From a virus, in the IMG/VR virus record IMGVR_UViG_3300005613_002762, positions 64,001 through 128,000 of that record: 64,000 bases of DNA; one strand, given 5' to 3'. Below the pieces are notes generated by a model. The model did not search any database. It was given only the letters and a program-made list of their open reading frames with translations, and had not been told where the DNA came from. This document shows, one piece after another, positions 30,880 through 41,488 of the stretch; the stretch's first letter is position 1; each line of letters opens with the position of its first letter. The position numbers were made by a program, and so were the translations under genes.

Positions 30880-31332
30880 ATGAGAAATTTAGATTCAATT
30901 ATTAGAAGAGTTATTAAAGAAACTCACGAAGAAAAATCTTCACGATATATGTTCTTTTCAAATTTAGAACAAATGAGAAGACAATGTGACTTACTTTTAG
31001 ATTTAGATAGAGATATGGTTGAGGAAATACTAGAACATGGACACGATTGGGCTCAAGACCATATTAGTGAAGCAAAAAATAATATGGATCAAGTTTTTGA
31101 TTTTTTAATGAATGAAACCAATTCCGATTCTGATATGGAAATGGAAGACAATATCATGATGGAAGGTAGAAAAAAAACAGGAACAAAACTTTGTGCGAGA
31201 GGAAAAGCCGCCGCTAAAGCCAAATATGACGTATACCCCTCGGCATATGCTAATGGTTACGCTGTTCAAGTCTGTAAAGGAAAAAAACCTGGTTTAGACG
31301 GAAAAAGAAGGTGTTCAGGGGTTTATTGCTAA
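30880..31332 (+). CDS. Hypothetical protein with a C-terminal YPSAYANG (DUF5872-like) module
   Basis: KLCARGKAAAKAKYDVYPSAYANGYAVQVCKG. Confidence 0.65.
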   Translation: MRNLDSIIRRVIKETHEEKSSRYMFFSNLEQMRRQCDLLLDLDRDMVEEILEHGHDWAQDHISEAKNNMDQVFDFLMNETNSDSDMEMEDNIMMEGRKKTGTKLCARGKAAAKAKYDVYPSAYANGYAVQVCKGKKPGLDGKRRCSGVYC

Positions 31333-31405
31333 ATTTTTTTTTAAAAAATTTTTTTTATTCACTTTATATCATATATTTGTAGAACAAAATAAAAACTACA
31401 AATAC

Positions 31406-31834
31406 ATGAAAAAATTTTTCAAACGAATTTATAAGAGATTTAAAGTTAAAATGGCTCGAAGAATGCGAAATAACATGGTCACACATGAAGAAGTTGAGTT
31501 ACATGAAAAAACCGCATTTAAAATTTGTGTTAAAGTTATATCACACCCTTCTTCAGATTTTATGATTGCGCCACTATCGGATAAAAGATATGTGATTAAC
31601 GAAGATCTTAATCTTTTTATTATTATAAATTGGAATAAAGTTGAGATTACAAATCACATATTTCATTATGATGTTGTTTTATCAAAAAGGGATCACGAAA
31701 GAGTTATATATTTATACGATACGGAAACAGAAAAAAGAAGAACAAATACTGAGGCCAATGTAAAAGCAAATATTAAAAATTCTTTAGATACTCTATTATC
31801 CAAGATAAATCAGAATATGGAAAATAATAAATAA
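31406..31834 (+). CDS. Hypothetical phage protein
   Basis: 142 aa; TATATTTG promoter at 31372-31379. Confidence 0.7.
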   Translation: MKKFFKRIYKRFKVKMARRMRNNMVTHEEVELHEKTAFKICVKVISHPSSDFMIAPLSDKRYVINEDLNLFIIINWNKVEITNHIFHYDVVLSKRDHERVIYLYDTETEKRRTNTEANVKANIKNSLDTLLSKINQNMENNK

Positions 31835-32512
31835 TTATTTTTTTCTTGGTTTATAACTTGTCATTACAGGTTTTTGACCTTTACCCCTTTGTGGATCTTT
31901 CTTTTCGGCAGTCCTTTTTTGTTGACAAGCCGATCTTTTTTGAGAATCCGACATTTTACTAGCAACGCCAGCAGCCCTACATTTTGGATAAGCACCTTTA
32001 GAAGTGTCGGATCTTCCACATGGGGGGTGTTTTCCGTCGACTTTTCTACAAATGTTAACCCAAGGACCTTTTGGTTGAGAAGATCCCTTAGGTTTCTTCT
32101 TTTTACCAAACCAAACTGCCAAGTCTTCATTTAGAATACCTTTATCACTTACCTCAACCCACTCATTAAATGGAACTTTTTGTAAAAATGGCGGAGTTTT
32201 TTTATACTTTATAGATCGATTAATATTTTTACCATCATTTTGGTGATGTTTGATGTAATCTTGTGCTTTGGCTGCTGTTCTTTCTAATTTAACAATTTGA
32301 TTGTGTCTTAAACTTAAGTCATTATCGTAACTGTCATATTGAACTAAGGGACTTTTATAATCTGATACAGGTTGGTTAAAAGGTTCTAAAGAAGATTTTT
32401 CAAAGGGACGAAGACCAGGTTGTATTGGTGGTATATAACCCCCCCTACTACCACTAGCATCACTAGTTGCTTCTTTAATAACTCTTTTAATTATCTTATT
32501 AAGTCTATCCAT
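31835..32512 (-). CDS. Basic Cys-containing hypothetical protein (DUF5872-like C-terminal module)
   Basis: LAVWF...WVNICRK...CGRS...YPKCR. Confidence 0.65.
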   Translation of the reverse strand: MDRLNKIIKRVIKEATSDASGSRGGYIPPIQPGLRPFEKSSLEPFNQPVSDYKSPLVQYDSYDNDLSLRHNQIVKLERTAAKAQDYIKHHQNDGKNINRSIKYKKTPPFLQKVPFNEWVEVSDKGILNEDLAVWFGKKKKPKGSSQPKGPWVNICRKVDGKHPPCGRSDTSKGAYPKCRAAGVASKMSDSQKRSACQQKRTAEKKDPQRGKGQKPVMTSYKPRKK

Positions 32513-32547
32513 TTGATTATATATAATAAATATCTTATATTTTAAAT

Positions 32548-32757
32548 ATGGAACAAGAAAATGAAAAATATGGTAATCTATTTGGATCTATAGATTTATT
32601 AAGTGAGGATCACCTTGAGATTATACTATCGACAATGGATTCTGAAACTGCATTATATTACATAATTGAATCGGTAAAATCTGCACATAGAAAAGGTGCT
32701 TATTCGATTGGTGAAACTGAAGTCATATCAAAGGCGATTAGGGTTTTAATTAAATAA
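32548..32757 (+). CDS. Hypothetical phage protein
   Basis: 69-aa ORF. Confidence 0.6.
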   Translation: MEQENEKYGNLFGSIDLLSEDHLEIILSTMDSETALYYIIESVKSAHRKGAYSIGETEVISKAIRVLIK

Positions 32758-32784
32758 AAAAAGGGACAATTTCTTGTCCCTTTA
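32755..32784 (-). terminator. Intrinsic terminator after the capsid gene, likely bidirectional
   Basis: AAAGGGACAA-TTTC-TTGTCCCTTT with an A8 flank. Confidence 0.8.
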
Positions 32785-32806
32785 ATGTTATTCTTTAAGA
32801 TTTTGA

Positions 32807-34723
32807 TTATCTCAATTCTCTTAAATCGAATGTTCTAACACCATCCACGGTAATTCTACCATAGAAGCGATTATTTACCATCTTTTTCGCGTATCTGGTC
32901 ATAATACCTTTGATTGGCGTAAAGTTGAATGGGTTATACATTGTAGGTGTTAATTGTAGAGGAACATACGGTGCGTAAATGTAACCTGTGTCTAACAATG
33001 AAGTTCCTTTGTGTCCGATCAAAACTTGGTTTGGTGGGAAGTAAGGATCACGATAAACTTGGTAACGACCTGATAATGTTCCAACTCTTTCAATACCCAT
33101 GTTGTATTGGTCTTGATCTGGAGCTGCGTTAGATACGTGGAAGTATTCTAAATCATCAAAGATAGCAGAAACCTCAGAAGATACAACGATCCAGTTAGCA
33201 CCACCTCTCAAAGTAGATTTGTGGATTTGTGCTGACAATTGGTTGATAGCTGTAATCAAAGTTTGGTTCCAGTCTTTTTGAGTGTAAGATGTAGTAGCGT
33301 TAATTCTTCTCCATCCGTTGTAGTCCCAACGTAAGTTCCAAGCCGCACCTTTACGTAAGTCACGTAAAATTTCACGGTCGATCTCAGCTGCAACTTGCTC
33401 TGACAACAATGCTGTCAATTCAGCTTCAGCGTCGATGTTATGGAATGCAGCAACGTCTTGAGCTAATTCAGGAGACCATTGTGCTCTTAGTTTTCTTTCT
33501 GTAACAGATACAGTAACTGACTCAAGGTCAAAAGAAACTTCACCGATCTCATCTTCGAACTCAAGGTTAGCATATCTTCTATAATAAGCCGTAAAAGAAG
33601 TTCCTGATGCACCTGAAACAATAGTTGTTCCTGTGTAACCATCTAATGATGTTGAGTTACAATCTGCACATACTGGACAAGATAAATCAACTTCTAAATA
33701 GATACAACCTTGTTGATCACAAATATCATTGTAACTTCCACCGTTACCCGTAGTAGTTCCATTGGCACTACCTGAGTTACCGAATACAGTTGCTGTATTT
33801 GTAGAGGTTGGTTGAACAATTCCTTTTCCGTAGATTTGAGTTACAACTCTAAATAACAATGGTAAGTATTGTCCTGCGGCATTTTGAATAACGTCACATG
33901 GTGTTGTAGATACATCTAATCCAGCTCCACCATATATTCTAAGATCCGAAAGGAAAGATTCTGTATCCATTTCATTACCATCAGGTCCGATTAGTTTTCC
34001 AACACCTGCGTTTGCAAAACCACAAAGTTTAACAATTACTTTTCTTGTATTTCCTGAAGGAATTAATGCCCCGCCAGCCGGTGTTCCAGCTGCAATACTT
34101 GCATCAACAAGAGCTGAACCTGCCCATGCTTGTATAAGTGTGTTTGCTGTAACTGCGGTAAACTTACCTTTAGAATAGTCAAACAATCCTGGAGGATCTA
34201 GACTAGCCTCATTTCCTTCATAAAATAAATCATAAAGATTTTTTTGGTAAGGGTATCCGGTGTTATAACCTTGGTTAGGATCATCTTGACCTGAATTTAC
34301 AGCTTCAGGAGAACCAATTGGTGGATAATGTTCACCACCTGTTGGGTTGTTAGGGAAGTTAGCAACTGACCCTGCGTTTTGATAACCTTGAATTTTAGGT
34401 ACGAAGTAGAACAATTTACCGATTGGTAAGTTCATAGCTTGTACTGATACGATATCGTTAGCCAACAATTTAGAGAATACACGTCTTACGATTGGGAAAA
34501 CAACAGTTTCGAATGCTCCGTTAGAAGATCCGTCAGAAGTTGCTTCGTTAATTAAGTAAGATGCTTGGTTTTCGTACAATTGTGCTACGTTTTCTTTTAA
34601 GTGACCTCTTAGACCATCTAAAAAGCCTAATTTGTCCCATTTGTTGATTGTGTCTTCTTTGATAACTTTAAGGTGCTTAAGACCGATGTTACCAACTAGA
34701 CCTGATTCTAATAATGCTCCCAT
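32807..34723 (-). CDS. gp23: Major capsid protein (T4 gp23-like)
   Basis: VQAMNLPIG, RKLRAQWSPELAQDVAAFHNIDAEAEL, EIDREI, YAPYVPL, FTPIKGIMTRY. Confidence 0.97.
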   Translation of the reverse strand: MGALLESGLVGNIGLKHLKVIKEDTINKWDKLGFLDGLRGHLKENVAQLYENQASYLINEATSDGSSNGAFETVVFPIVRRVFSKLLANDIVSVQAMNLPIGKLFYFVPKIQGYQNAGSVANFPNNPTGGEHYPPIGSPEAVNSGQDDPNQGYNTGYPYQKNLYDLFYEGNEASLDPPGLFDYSKGKFTAVTANTLIQAWAGSALVDASIAAGTPAGGALIPSGNTRKVIVKLCGFANAGVGKLIGPDGNEMDTESFLSDLRIYGGAGLDVSTTPCDVIQNAAGQYLPLLFRVVTQIYGKGIVQPTSTNTATVFGNSGSANGTTTGNGGSYNDICDQQGCIYLEVDLSCPVCADCNSTSLDGYTGTTIVSGASGTSFTAYYRRYANLEFEDEIGEVSFDLESVTVSVTERKLRAQWSPELAQDVAAFHNIDAEAELTALLSEQVAAEIDREILRDLRKGAAWNLRWDYNGWRRINATTSYTQKDWNQTLITAINQLSAQIHKSTLRGGANWIVVSSEVSAIFDDLEYFHVSNAAPDQDQYNMGIERVGTLSGRYQVYRDPYFPPNQVLIGHKGTSLLDTGYIYAPYVPLQLTPTMYNPFNFTPIKGIMTRYAKKMVNNRFYGRITVDGVRTFDLRELR

Positions 34724-34756
34724 TTTTTTTGAGTTTTTATTAATTTATGTTTATGT

Positions 34757-36262
34757 TTATTTTAACTTTGTCATCAAATCCTTCATTCTCATGAATTGAG
34801 GATTCTCATAAGTTTTTGATTCAATCAAATTCACTGCCGATCCTGTTGATACGGTTTTAACTGTTCTTTCAATTGATTCGTTAATTTTGTTTTCCACATT
34901 TGAACCTGAATTCAATTCATTTTTGATGGCTCTATATAGATTTTTTGATTCTTTCAAAGATTCAACATTATCAAATCTTTTAAGAATATTTATTTTTTCT
35001 TGTTTTGTTGTTGAGTGTTCTGTAAAAAGTCTAGTAGCGTAAGCTAAGTTTGAATTAAACACGGCAACCTCATTCAACTTAGTTCTAAAAACGTCGAGTG
35101 CTTGTTTGTATTCTTCGTTTTTCTCTCTTAACAAATTAACTTCGTTAATTGATGATTCAGAAAGTTTGAATGGATTGAATTCCATATTTCTGTTATTCAA
35201 TCTTGCTTTTCTTAAACCTCTACTACCATTTTTTGATCCATTACCGTAAGTTCTTGAAGCTTCTTTCGTCTCAACTTTTTTCATAGATTCTTTTTTCATA
35301 TTCACACCCTCTTTATATTCAAATTTGGCTTTACCTGTACCCATCGCTTTGATACCTTTTTTGAACGCTGGTGGTTGTTTTTTTACAGGTAAGTTTTGGT
35401 TAGGTTTTTTGTCGTAATTGAATTTTGGACCTCTTCTTGACTCAAGACCTTTAGATTTCATAGATTTTTTTGACTCGTAAAGATCTTCTTCTAGTTCATC
35501 GGCGTATGGATCACTTTCTTCGTCAAATTCAGAATACATACCTTCTTCTAAATCTTCCTCATAAACTTCCATACCATGAATTGACATGTCGTCTTCTTCT
35601 TCCATTTCAATTTCGTAAACAACTTTATCTTCCATGTCATCCTCTTCACTAAGACCAAGACCTCCTTCGACAGCACCCATTGCGGCACCACCCCAAGACC
35701 ATTCTTCATCTATTTCACCCATGTCTTCCATGTCGTCGCCTTCTTCTTCTTCCATTTCAATTTCATACATTGTTTCGGTCACATCTTCTTGAGATTCTCC
35801 CAACTGAATCATGTATTCGTTATCATCGTCAGTTAAGTGAATATATTCACCTTCTTTTTTAACGATAATACCGTCTTCATCACCCATTGCTTTGAATACT
35901 CGAAGAACTTCTTCGTCTGATGCTCCTGTCATGTCGATAGTTTCCTCATCGTCCATTGACATTTCATCGTCATCCATAGCCATTTCCTCATCGTCCATTT
36001 CCATGTCTTCATCATCCATTGTCATGTCTTCATCATCCATTGTCATGTCTTCATCATCCATTGTCATGTCCTCGTCGTCCATTGCCATGTCTTCATCACT
36101 AACCTCTTCGTCTTCTTGTTCTTTAAGAGATTCTTTTACTAATTGTCTGATTTCTTCACTCATTGTAGACTGAAGTATTCCTTTTGCATTCTCTTGTAGA
36201 GTCTCTTCCAAATTTCTGATTTGGAATAGAGCTTCTTCTACTACGTTTTTGTTATTTGTCAT
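34757..36262 (-). CDS. Prohead core/scaffold protein (gp22-like)
   Basis: Highly acidic, many L/I-x-E sites, located between protease and capsid genes; start set at MTNNK. Confidence 0.75.
   Translation of the reverse strand: MTNNKNVVEEALFQIRNLEETLQENAKGILQSTMSEEIRQLVKESLKEQEDEEVSDEDMAMDDEDMTMDDEDMTMDDEDMTMDDEDMEMDDEEMAMDDDEMSMDDEETIDMTGASDEEVLRVFKAMGDEDGIIVKKEGEYIHLTDDDNEYMIQLGESQEDVTETMYEIEMEEEEGDDMEDMGEIDEEWSWGGAAMGAVEGGLGLSEEDDMEDKVVYEIEMEEEDDMSIHGMEVYEEDLEEGMYSEFDEESDPYADELEEDLYESKKSMKSKGLESRRGPKFNYDKKPNQNLPVKKQPPAFKKGIKAMGTGKAKFEYKEGVNMKKESMKKVETKEASRTYGNGSKNGSRGLRKARLNNRNMEFNPFKLSESSINEVNLLREKNEEYKQALDVFRTKLNEVAVFNSNLAYATRLFTEHSTTKQEKINILKRFDNVESLKESKNLYRAIKNELNSGSNVENKINESIERTVKTVSTGSAVNLIESKTYENPQFMRMKDLMTKLK
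35940..36100 (-). repeat. 21-nt tandem repeat encoding (DDEDMTM)n
   Basis: About 7 copies of tcatccattgtcatgtcttca-like units. Confidence 0.85.
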
Positions 36263-36391
36263 ACTTTTTATAAAATATTTTCTAATAAATATCATAGAAA
36301 ACGAAAAAAGTTCTATTTTTGAATATAAAAGCACAAAAAAAAGGGAAAAGACCTAAATCATTTCCCTTTTATTAGAGTTATTGTGTTTGGT

Positions 36392-36604
36392 TTACCCTTC
36401 GATTACCTCATCAATTTTCGATTCAACAATTGCAGTGATTCTCCAATCCATAGAATAGTTCTCATAAACCTTTGTTACTTTTGCTTCAACATCGGTAGGT
36501 GAATACCCTCTAACCAATTTTTCTTCTCTCATTTTTTTTATCTTTCCTGTGTTCTCATCAACCATATCAGTTGTGATTCTTGCTATAAAATACTTTTCGT
36601 CCAT
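36392..36604 (-). CDS. Small DUF4494-like protein
   Basis: GKIKKMREEKLVRGYSPTDVEAKV...ITAIVESKIDEV. Confidence 0.55.
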   Translation of the reverse strand: MDEKYFIARITTDMVDENTGKIKKMREEKLVRGYSPTDVEAKVTKVYENYSMDWRITAIVESKIDEVIEG

Positions 36605-36614
36605 AATTATTTTT

Positions 36615-37343
36615 TTATTTATTCAAATAATCGGATAATCTATTCATTAAGTCAAGCGATTTTGAACCAGTTTCGCCAACATGTCTTTCGGCATTCATTT
36701 TTTTCTCTTCATCTAAGTTTTCTTCAAATTGTGATCTATCTTCTTTATTTGAAAATAAATAAGCCCCTGGCGTAGATGGCGATGATACTAAGTCAAAACA
36801 AATTAATTCAAAATCATCCTGAACTTCATTTTGTTCACCAACCTTTTTAAGTGACCCAACACCACGAGAAGAAATACCCAATGTAACTCCTTGACGAAGG
36901 TAGTTTGCAGCTAAATCACCTTTTGTTGAAACGATCCCTCTTTCATGAAAACCAGGTGATGTAAGTAATTTTAATTTACCTAACAATACAGGACCCTCCC
37001 ACCATATATCAGTGATTGCGTGTGATACTCTATCTAAATCAATTAAAGAAGACTCAGGGTGGTTTAACTCAGATAGAGCGGTTCCTTTTTGAATCATTTT
37101 TTTATAGTTTTCTGATTCGCGCTTTAATATCTTTTCGGGATATATTCTACCATTTCTATTTGGTGTGTTATATTTTTGAAGAACCGCATAAAACTCAAAT
37201 GGTTTAGAATGGTCTAACATATCACGATTTTCTCTAATCATTGATAAGTTTCTTCTTTCATTTGGGTCAATATATCCAGCATCATACTCAACAAGTATTC
37301 CCTTACCAATCTCTCTTGGTCCTAATATTTTTAAATTTTCCAT
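36615..37343 (-). CDS. gp21: Prohead protease (T4 gp21-like)
   Basis: NRNGRIYP, ELNHP, VSHAI, GISSRGVGS, DLVSSPSTPGA. Confidence 0.95.
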   Translation of the reverse strand: MENLKILGPREIGKGILVEYDAGYIDPNERRNLSMIRENRDMLDHSKPFEFYAVLQKYNTPNRNGRIYPEKILKRESENYKKMIQKGTALSELNHPESSLIDLDRVSHAITDIWWEGPVLLGKLKLLTSPGFHERGIVSTKGDLAANYLRQGVTLGISSRGVGSLKKVGEQNEVQDDFELICFDLVSSPSTPGAYLFSNKEDRSQFEENLDEEKKMNAERHVGETGSKSLDLMNRLSDYLNK

Positions 37344-37364
37344 TTAGTATTTTCTATATAAATA

Positions 37365-37832
37365 TTAAATAGTTTCGGTTTCTTTTTTTATTGGTTTTTG
37401 ATTTCCGTTTTTTGTTAGATAAAATTTGAAATATTTGTTCTTATTCATTACATCACCATAAACTGACTTGATTAAATTTTTTACATATTTTTTTAATTTT
37501 GGTGATTTAAAATCCATAGGTTCTAAAACGAACAAATTTATTTCTAAATTCATAAAGGATTTTTTATTGAGTTGAAGTCCGCTTGTTCTAAGGTCTAAAT
37601 CAACAATAAACTTTGTATCGAAGACTTCTTTATTTATGTTTTCTAAAACTGTGTGTTTAACTGATCGTGTCATGTTTAAAACAACTCGATTCCAATTTTC
37701 TATATCATCTTTGGGTTCAACCCAACTTTGAATATTTATAAAAATTGATTTTAAATTTGTGGAATCGATTGTTCCATAATGAGATTTGAATGTTCTATAA
37801 CCACTCAATTTAATTGTTTTTCCTTTTTTCAT
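37365..37832 (-). CDS. Hypothetical phage protein
   Basis: 155-aa ORF. Confidence 0.7.
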   Translation of the reverse strand: MKKGKTIKLSGYRTFKSHYGTIDSTNLKSIFINIQSWVEPKDDIENWNRVVLNMTRSVKHTVLENINKEVFDTKFIVDLDLRTSGLQLNKKSFMNLEINLFVLEPMDFKSPKLKKYVKNLIKSVYGDVMNKNKYFKFYLTKNGNQKPIKKETETI

Positions 37833-37912
37833 AGATTTTTTTCATACCTGAACTGTTTATTTTGGTATAATTGTAGACAAATATTATATTTATATCAACA
37901 AACGAAAAAAAT

Positions 37913-38101
37913 ATGTTAAAAGTAGAAGTTAAAAAAGGTAATATCGAAAAAGCTTTAAAAGAACTTAAGGGTAAGGTTATTAAAACAAAACAAAATGCGA
38001 TTCTTTTTGATCGAAAAGAATTCACTAAACCGTCAATCACTAAACGTGAGGAAAATAAAAAGGCGGTCTATATTCAAAAAGTTAGATCTAAAAAAGATTA
38101 A
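37913..38101 (+). CDS. rpsU: Phage-encoded ribosomal protein bS21
   Basis: 62 aa, basic; NIEKALK.LK.K...RKEFTKPS..KR...KAVYIQ. Confidence 0.88.
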   Translation: MLKVEVKKGNIEKALKELKGKVIKTKQNAILFDRKEFTKPSITKREENKKAVYIQKVRSKKD

Positions 38102-38811
38102 AGACCCTCGTTAAGTTGTTTTAATTTGTAGTAATTCAGTTCTGAAAATGATTCCGTCTGCAATTTATTTAAAACTTGGTCTATTGTTGATATTGTGTCA
38201 GAATCAGACTCGTTATTTTTTTGTTTTGTCAATTTAGAAATAACATTTTCTTTTTCTATGTTATAACTTTCAATCAAGGTTTCCTTTGGTTTTGACAAAA
38301 TAGTTTTCAATTCTTTTCGTTCTGATTCCGTTAAAGAGGCTATGTATTTATCTATTGTTTTGTTTGCAACATTAACCATAGATTTTAAAGGAACTTTGAT
38401 AATTTCTTTTTGATCTTCTTTTTTGGTTTTTAGATTTTCTAAAATAACTTTTTTACTTTTAATCTTATTTTCTAACGTTAAAACATTTGTGGAGAATAAG
38501 TTGTCAATTTCTTGATATTTGTTTTCACAAACAACATGACCAACCCAAGCGTTAAGTTCTTGAATGTGAACAGGTTTTACCTTATTAATTAAATTTTCGT
38601 AAGCTGTAATTGATTCATGAATGAATTCATTTGCAACAGATTCATTTAATCCTTTTTGATCTTTAAGTTCATCATATAAGAAAAATATTTTTGATATATT
38701 CTTATTTTTCAATACCAATTCTTCAAAAACAAATAAACTTGATTTGAATCTATTTTCTTTATACGACTCAGATAAATAAGTCTCTATTTTTGATTTTATT
38801 TCTCCAAACAT
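38098..38811 (-). CDS. Hypothetical head-module protein
   Basis: 237-aa helical ORF downstream of the portal. Confidence 0.7.
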   Translation of the reverse strand: MFGEIKSKIETYLSESYKENRFKSSLFVFEELVLKNKNISKIFFLYDELKDQKGLNESVANEFIHESITAYENLINKVKPVHIQELNAWVGHVVCENKYQEIDNLFSTNVLTLENKIKSKKVILENLKTKKEDQKEIIKVPLKSMVNVANKTIDKYIASLTESERKELKTILSKPKETLIESYNIEKENVISKLTKQKNNESDSDTISTIDQVLNKLQTESFSELNYYKLKQLNEGL

Positions 38812-38861
38812 TTTTTTCTAATTTAATAATAAATATCAACTAATTTTGTTTAAGAAAATAA

Positions 38862-40655
38862 TTAATCATTTATCAATTTATTTAATCGATCTTCAAGATC
38901 ACCCAGAGAACCATTTATCTTTTGAAAATCTAAAAATTCATCTTCATCAAAATCATCATTCATTGATTCCAATATTAATTTACTTTTATCTTTTTTATAT
39001 GATTCAGGAATTGGTGGTTCTCCTCCTGCCGGTGGCGGTGGTGCTCCTCCTTCTGCAGGTGCTCCTCCTTCTGCAGGTGCTCCTGCACTTAATGTTCCAC
39101 CTGTTACAGGTTTGTATAACTTATCAACAGTATCAAAAATACCTGTTTTAGTGATTATAGTTGCAGTATTATCAAGTTCGGCTGAAACTGCTCGTTCCAT
39201 TCTAATTTGTTGAAGTTCAAGTTTAATTTCATCATCAGAAAACCCAAATATATGTTTTTTCGCCCATGTGGCTGATGTTGGTTGAATTGATTTTGCAATC
39301 TCTGTAACCATATCTTTATATAACGTAACTTTTTCTTTCCATACATCGATCATCAATAAATCAGCTTGTTTCGATGGGTTTGTAAGTTGTAAAGTAAAGT
39401 TAGACAACTCATCCTCGAATCCCATTAAAAATAAGTGAATGATTGCAATTTTATTCATTTCAGATAATGCCGATTTTTGAATTCTATTGATAGTTCTTGC
39501 AAATCTAATATCTAACAACGACAAGTTTTTACCATCACCAACAGGTTCCTCAAATCCTAAATAAGCTTTAGGTATTCTAAGTGCTGTAACCAATTTCTTT
39601 TGGATATATTCAATATCGGCAATTTCAGATAAATTAGTTCCACCTGGTAAAGTATCAATTGGACTTCCTTGAGCGGCATCACGAACAGGAATAAAGTAAT
39701 CTTGATCTACCGCCATTTGATTAAATCTCAAATCCACATTTCCTGTGTTTTTATCAACAACTTGATCTCTTTTGAATTTGTTGGCGACCCTTTGAACGTA
39801 AGCTTCAACATCTTTATCATCCATATTACCAACAAACACTTTAAACACCCTTCTTTCAGGAGCTCTTGATGTTCGATAAATTAACATCGCATCTTCTGCC
39901 AAAACTAATTGTTTCCAAATACGACGAGCTTTTTCTAACATTGACGTTCCATAAGGAAGTTTTCTATCATCACCCAATAATCTAAAGTGGGCAACTTCCC
40001 ATGTGTTAAATTCTGCGTCTCTTGCTTTCCATACAAATTTTAACGCCTTTCTATTTAGATTTATCGTTGACTGAAATGTTCTTGAGTCAATACCTCTTTC
40101 TAATCGTTCGATTTCTATATTCGGTAATTGTAAACAACCAGTAACACCTTTTTCAGGATCCAATTTTAAATAAACAAAATTATCACCATACTTACACATG
40201 TTTCTAATCCACATTGGTAAATTGGTGTTAATATCTAATATGTTCACAAATAAATCTACAAGAATACTTTTAATTCTTTTTGATTCTGAATATACTTGTA
40301 ATACATATCCGTCTTGATTTGGTGTTGTTGATTCTTCTGCATATATGTCTAATGCCGTTGAGATCTCAGGGGTATATTCCATAGATTCGTAGTCATAAAA
40401 TGCCGCCAACCTTGTTGGTTCATAATATATTGCCTGAGTATAAAGATTATTTTCAACTTTAGCCCAATTTGTGCTTAAATAAAGGGATTGTTGATTTTGT
40501 AATTTAGCCCTTTCATATTCGGCCTTATCTTGTGTTTTTAAAAGTTCTGATTTATCTAACTTATAATCTGGTTGACCTTGACCTAATGTTGAATTAGGAC
40601 CAAAGGTCTTTGATAACTTCTGCCAAACTGTTAGATTTTGATTATTATTTTCCAT
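38862..40655 (-). CDS. gp20: Portal protein (T4 gp20-like)
   Basis: EDAMLIYRTSRAPERRVF, DYFIPVR, IDTLPGG, DIEYIQKKL, DIRFAR. Confidence 0.95.
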   Translation of the reverse strand: MENNNQNLTVWQKLSKTFGPNSTLGQGQPDYKLDKSELLKTQDKAEYERAKLQNQQSLYLSTNWAKVENNLYTQAIYYEPTRLAAFYDYESMEYTPEISTALDIYAEESTTPNQDGYVLQVYSESKRIKSILVDLFVNILDINTNLPMWIRNMCKYGDNFVYLKLDPEKGVTGCLQLPNIEIERLERGIDSRTFQSTINLNRKALKFVWKARDAEFNTWEVAHFRLLGDDRKLPYGTSMLEKARRIWKQLVLAEDAMLIYRTSRAPERRVFKVFVGNMDDKDVEAYVQRVANKFKRDQVVDKNTGNVDLRFNQMAVDQDYFIPVRDAAQGSPIDTLPGGTNLSEIADIEYIQKKLVTALRIPKAYLGFEEPVGDGKNLSLLDIRFARTINRIQKSALSEMNKIAIIHLFLMGFEDELSNFTLQLTNPSKQADLLMIDVWKEKVTLYKDMVTEIAKSIQPTSATWAKKHIFGFSDDEIKLELQQIRMERAVSAELDNTATIITKTGIFDTVDKLYKPVTGGTLSAGAPAEGGAPAEGGAPPPPAGGEPPIPESYKKDKSKLILESMNDDFDEDEFLDFQKINGSLGDLEDRLNKLIND

Positions 40656-40703
40656 ATTAATAATTTAACTATAGATATAAATATTTCAATAGTTATTTAA
40701 TGA

Positions 40704-41483
40704 TTATGGTGCAGGTGCGGTATTTAATGGACTATTAACTCTCATTTTTAAACTAAATGTTATAGGACCACCACCATAACCATATGCTGTTGTAAAATAT
40801 GGGGTGGCTGGTGGAGACACACAAGGATCTACCCCATTGGCCAATGATGATGTTTCAAAAACTAATGTGTCATCACCACTTCTAACTTGAATATACACCG
40901 ATTGACCAGTTAGTAAACCAATTTGACCAAATGATGTATATGAATTACATTGAGCAGGTATTTGAGAACTACCTAATTTAGTCCACGTTAATCCTGGTGG
41001 ATATGGTTGAGTTGGGTTAAATGGACCCACAATATAAGAATACCACACCGAACAATTTGTATTTGTCAATGGAGACTGAAGAGCTAACTCAATAGGTAAA
41101 TAAGCATCATAATTTGGACTTGGTGTTGGGGTTGGTGTGCTCGTAGGTGTGTTGGTTGGAGTGTTCGTAGGTGTTACTGTAGGTGTGTTGGTCGGTGTGT
41201 TAGTTGGTGTGTTGGTTGGTGTATTAGTTGGTGTTTGTGATGGTTGAAATGTTGGTGTAGGGGTTGGTGTATTCGTTGGTGTAGGGGTTGGTGTTGAAGT
41301 TGGAGTTGGGGTCGGAGTTAAAAACGGTAAAATTTGTTCCAATATATCATTATCTCTTGGTGCAGACACCTTGAATCTAAAAGTGGGTGAAAACACTTTT
41401 TGACCTGTTGTTGGTTGTCCATCAACAATAAGTCTTGATCCATTTGCAATTCTTCCCGTTCTTTTTCTAAAATCTAATCCCAT
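40704..41483 (-). CDS. Pro/Thr-repeat protein
   Basis: ~65-aa PT/PTN tract followed by a beta-rich domain. Confidence 0.75.
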   Translation of the reverse strand: MGLDFRKRTGRIANGSRLIVDGQPTTGQKVFSPTFRFKVSAPRDNDILEQILPFLTPTPTPTSTPTPTPTNTPTPTPTFQPSQTPTNTPTNTPTNTPTNTPTVTPTNTPTNTPTSTPTPTPSPNYDAYLPIELALQSPLTNTNCSVWYSYIVGPFNPTQPYPPGLTWTKLGSSQIPAQCNSYTSFGQIGLLTGQSVYIQVRSGDDTLVFETSSLANGVDPCVSPPATPYFTTAYGYGGGPITFSLKMRVNSPLNTAPAP

Positions 41484-41488
41484 ATTAT

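Noticed and set aside
35940-36100. Tandem repeats here and at 45310-45500 as possible CRISPR arrays
   Set aside because: In-frame coding repeats without unique spacers; no cas genes in the window
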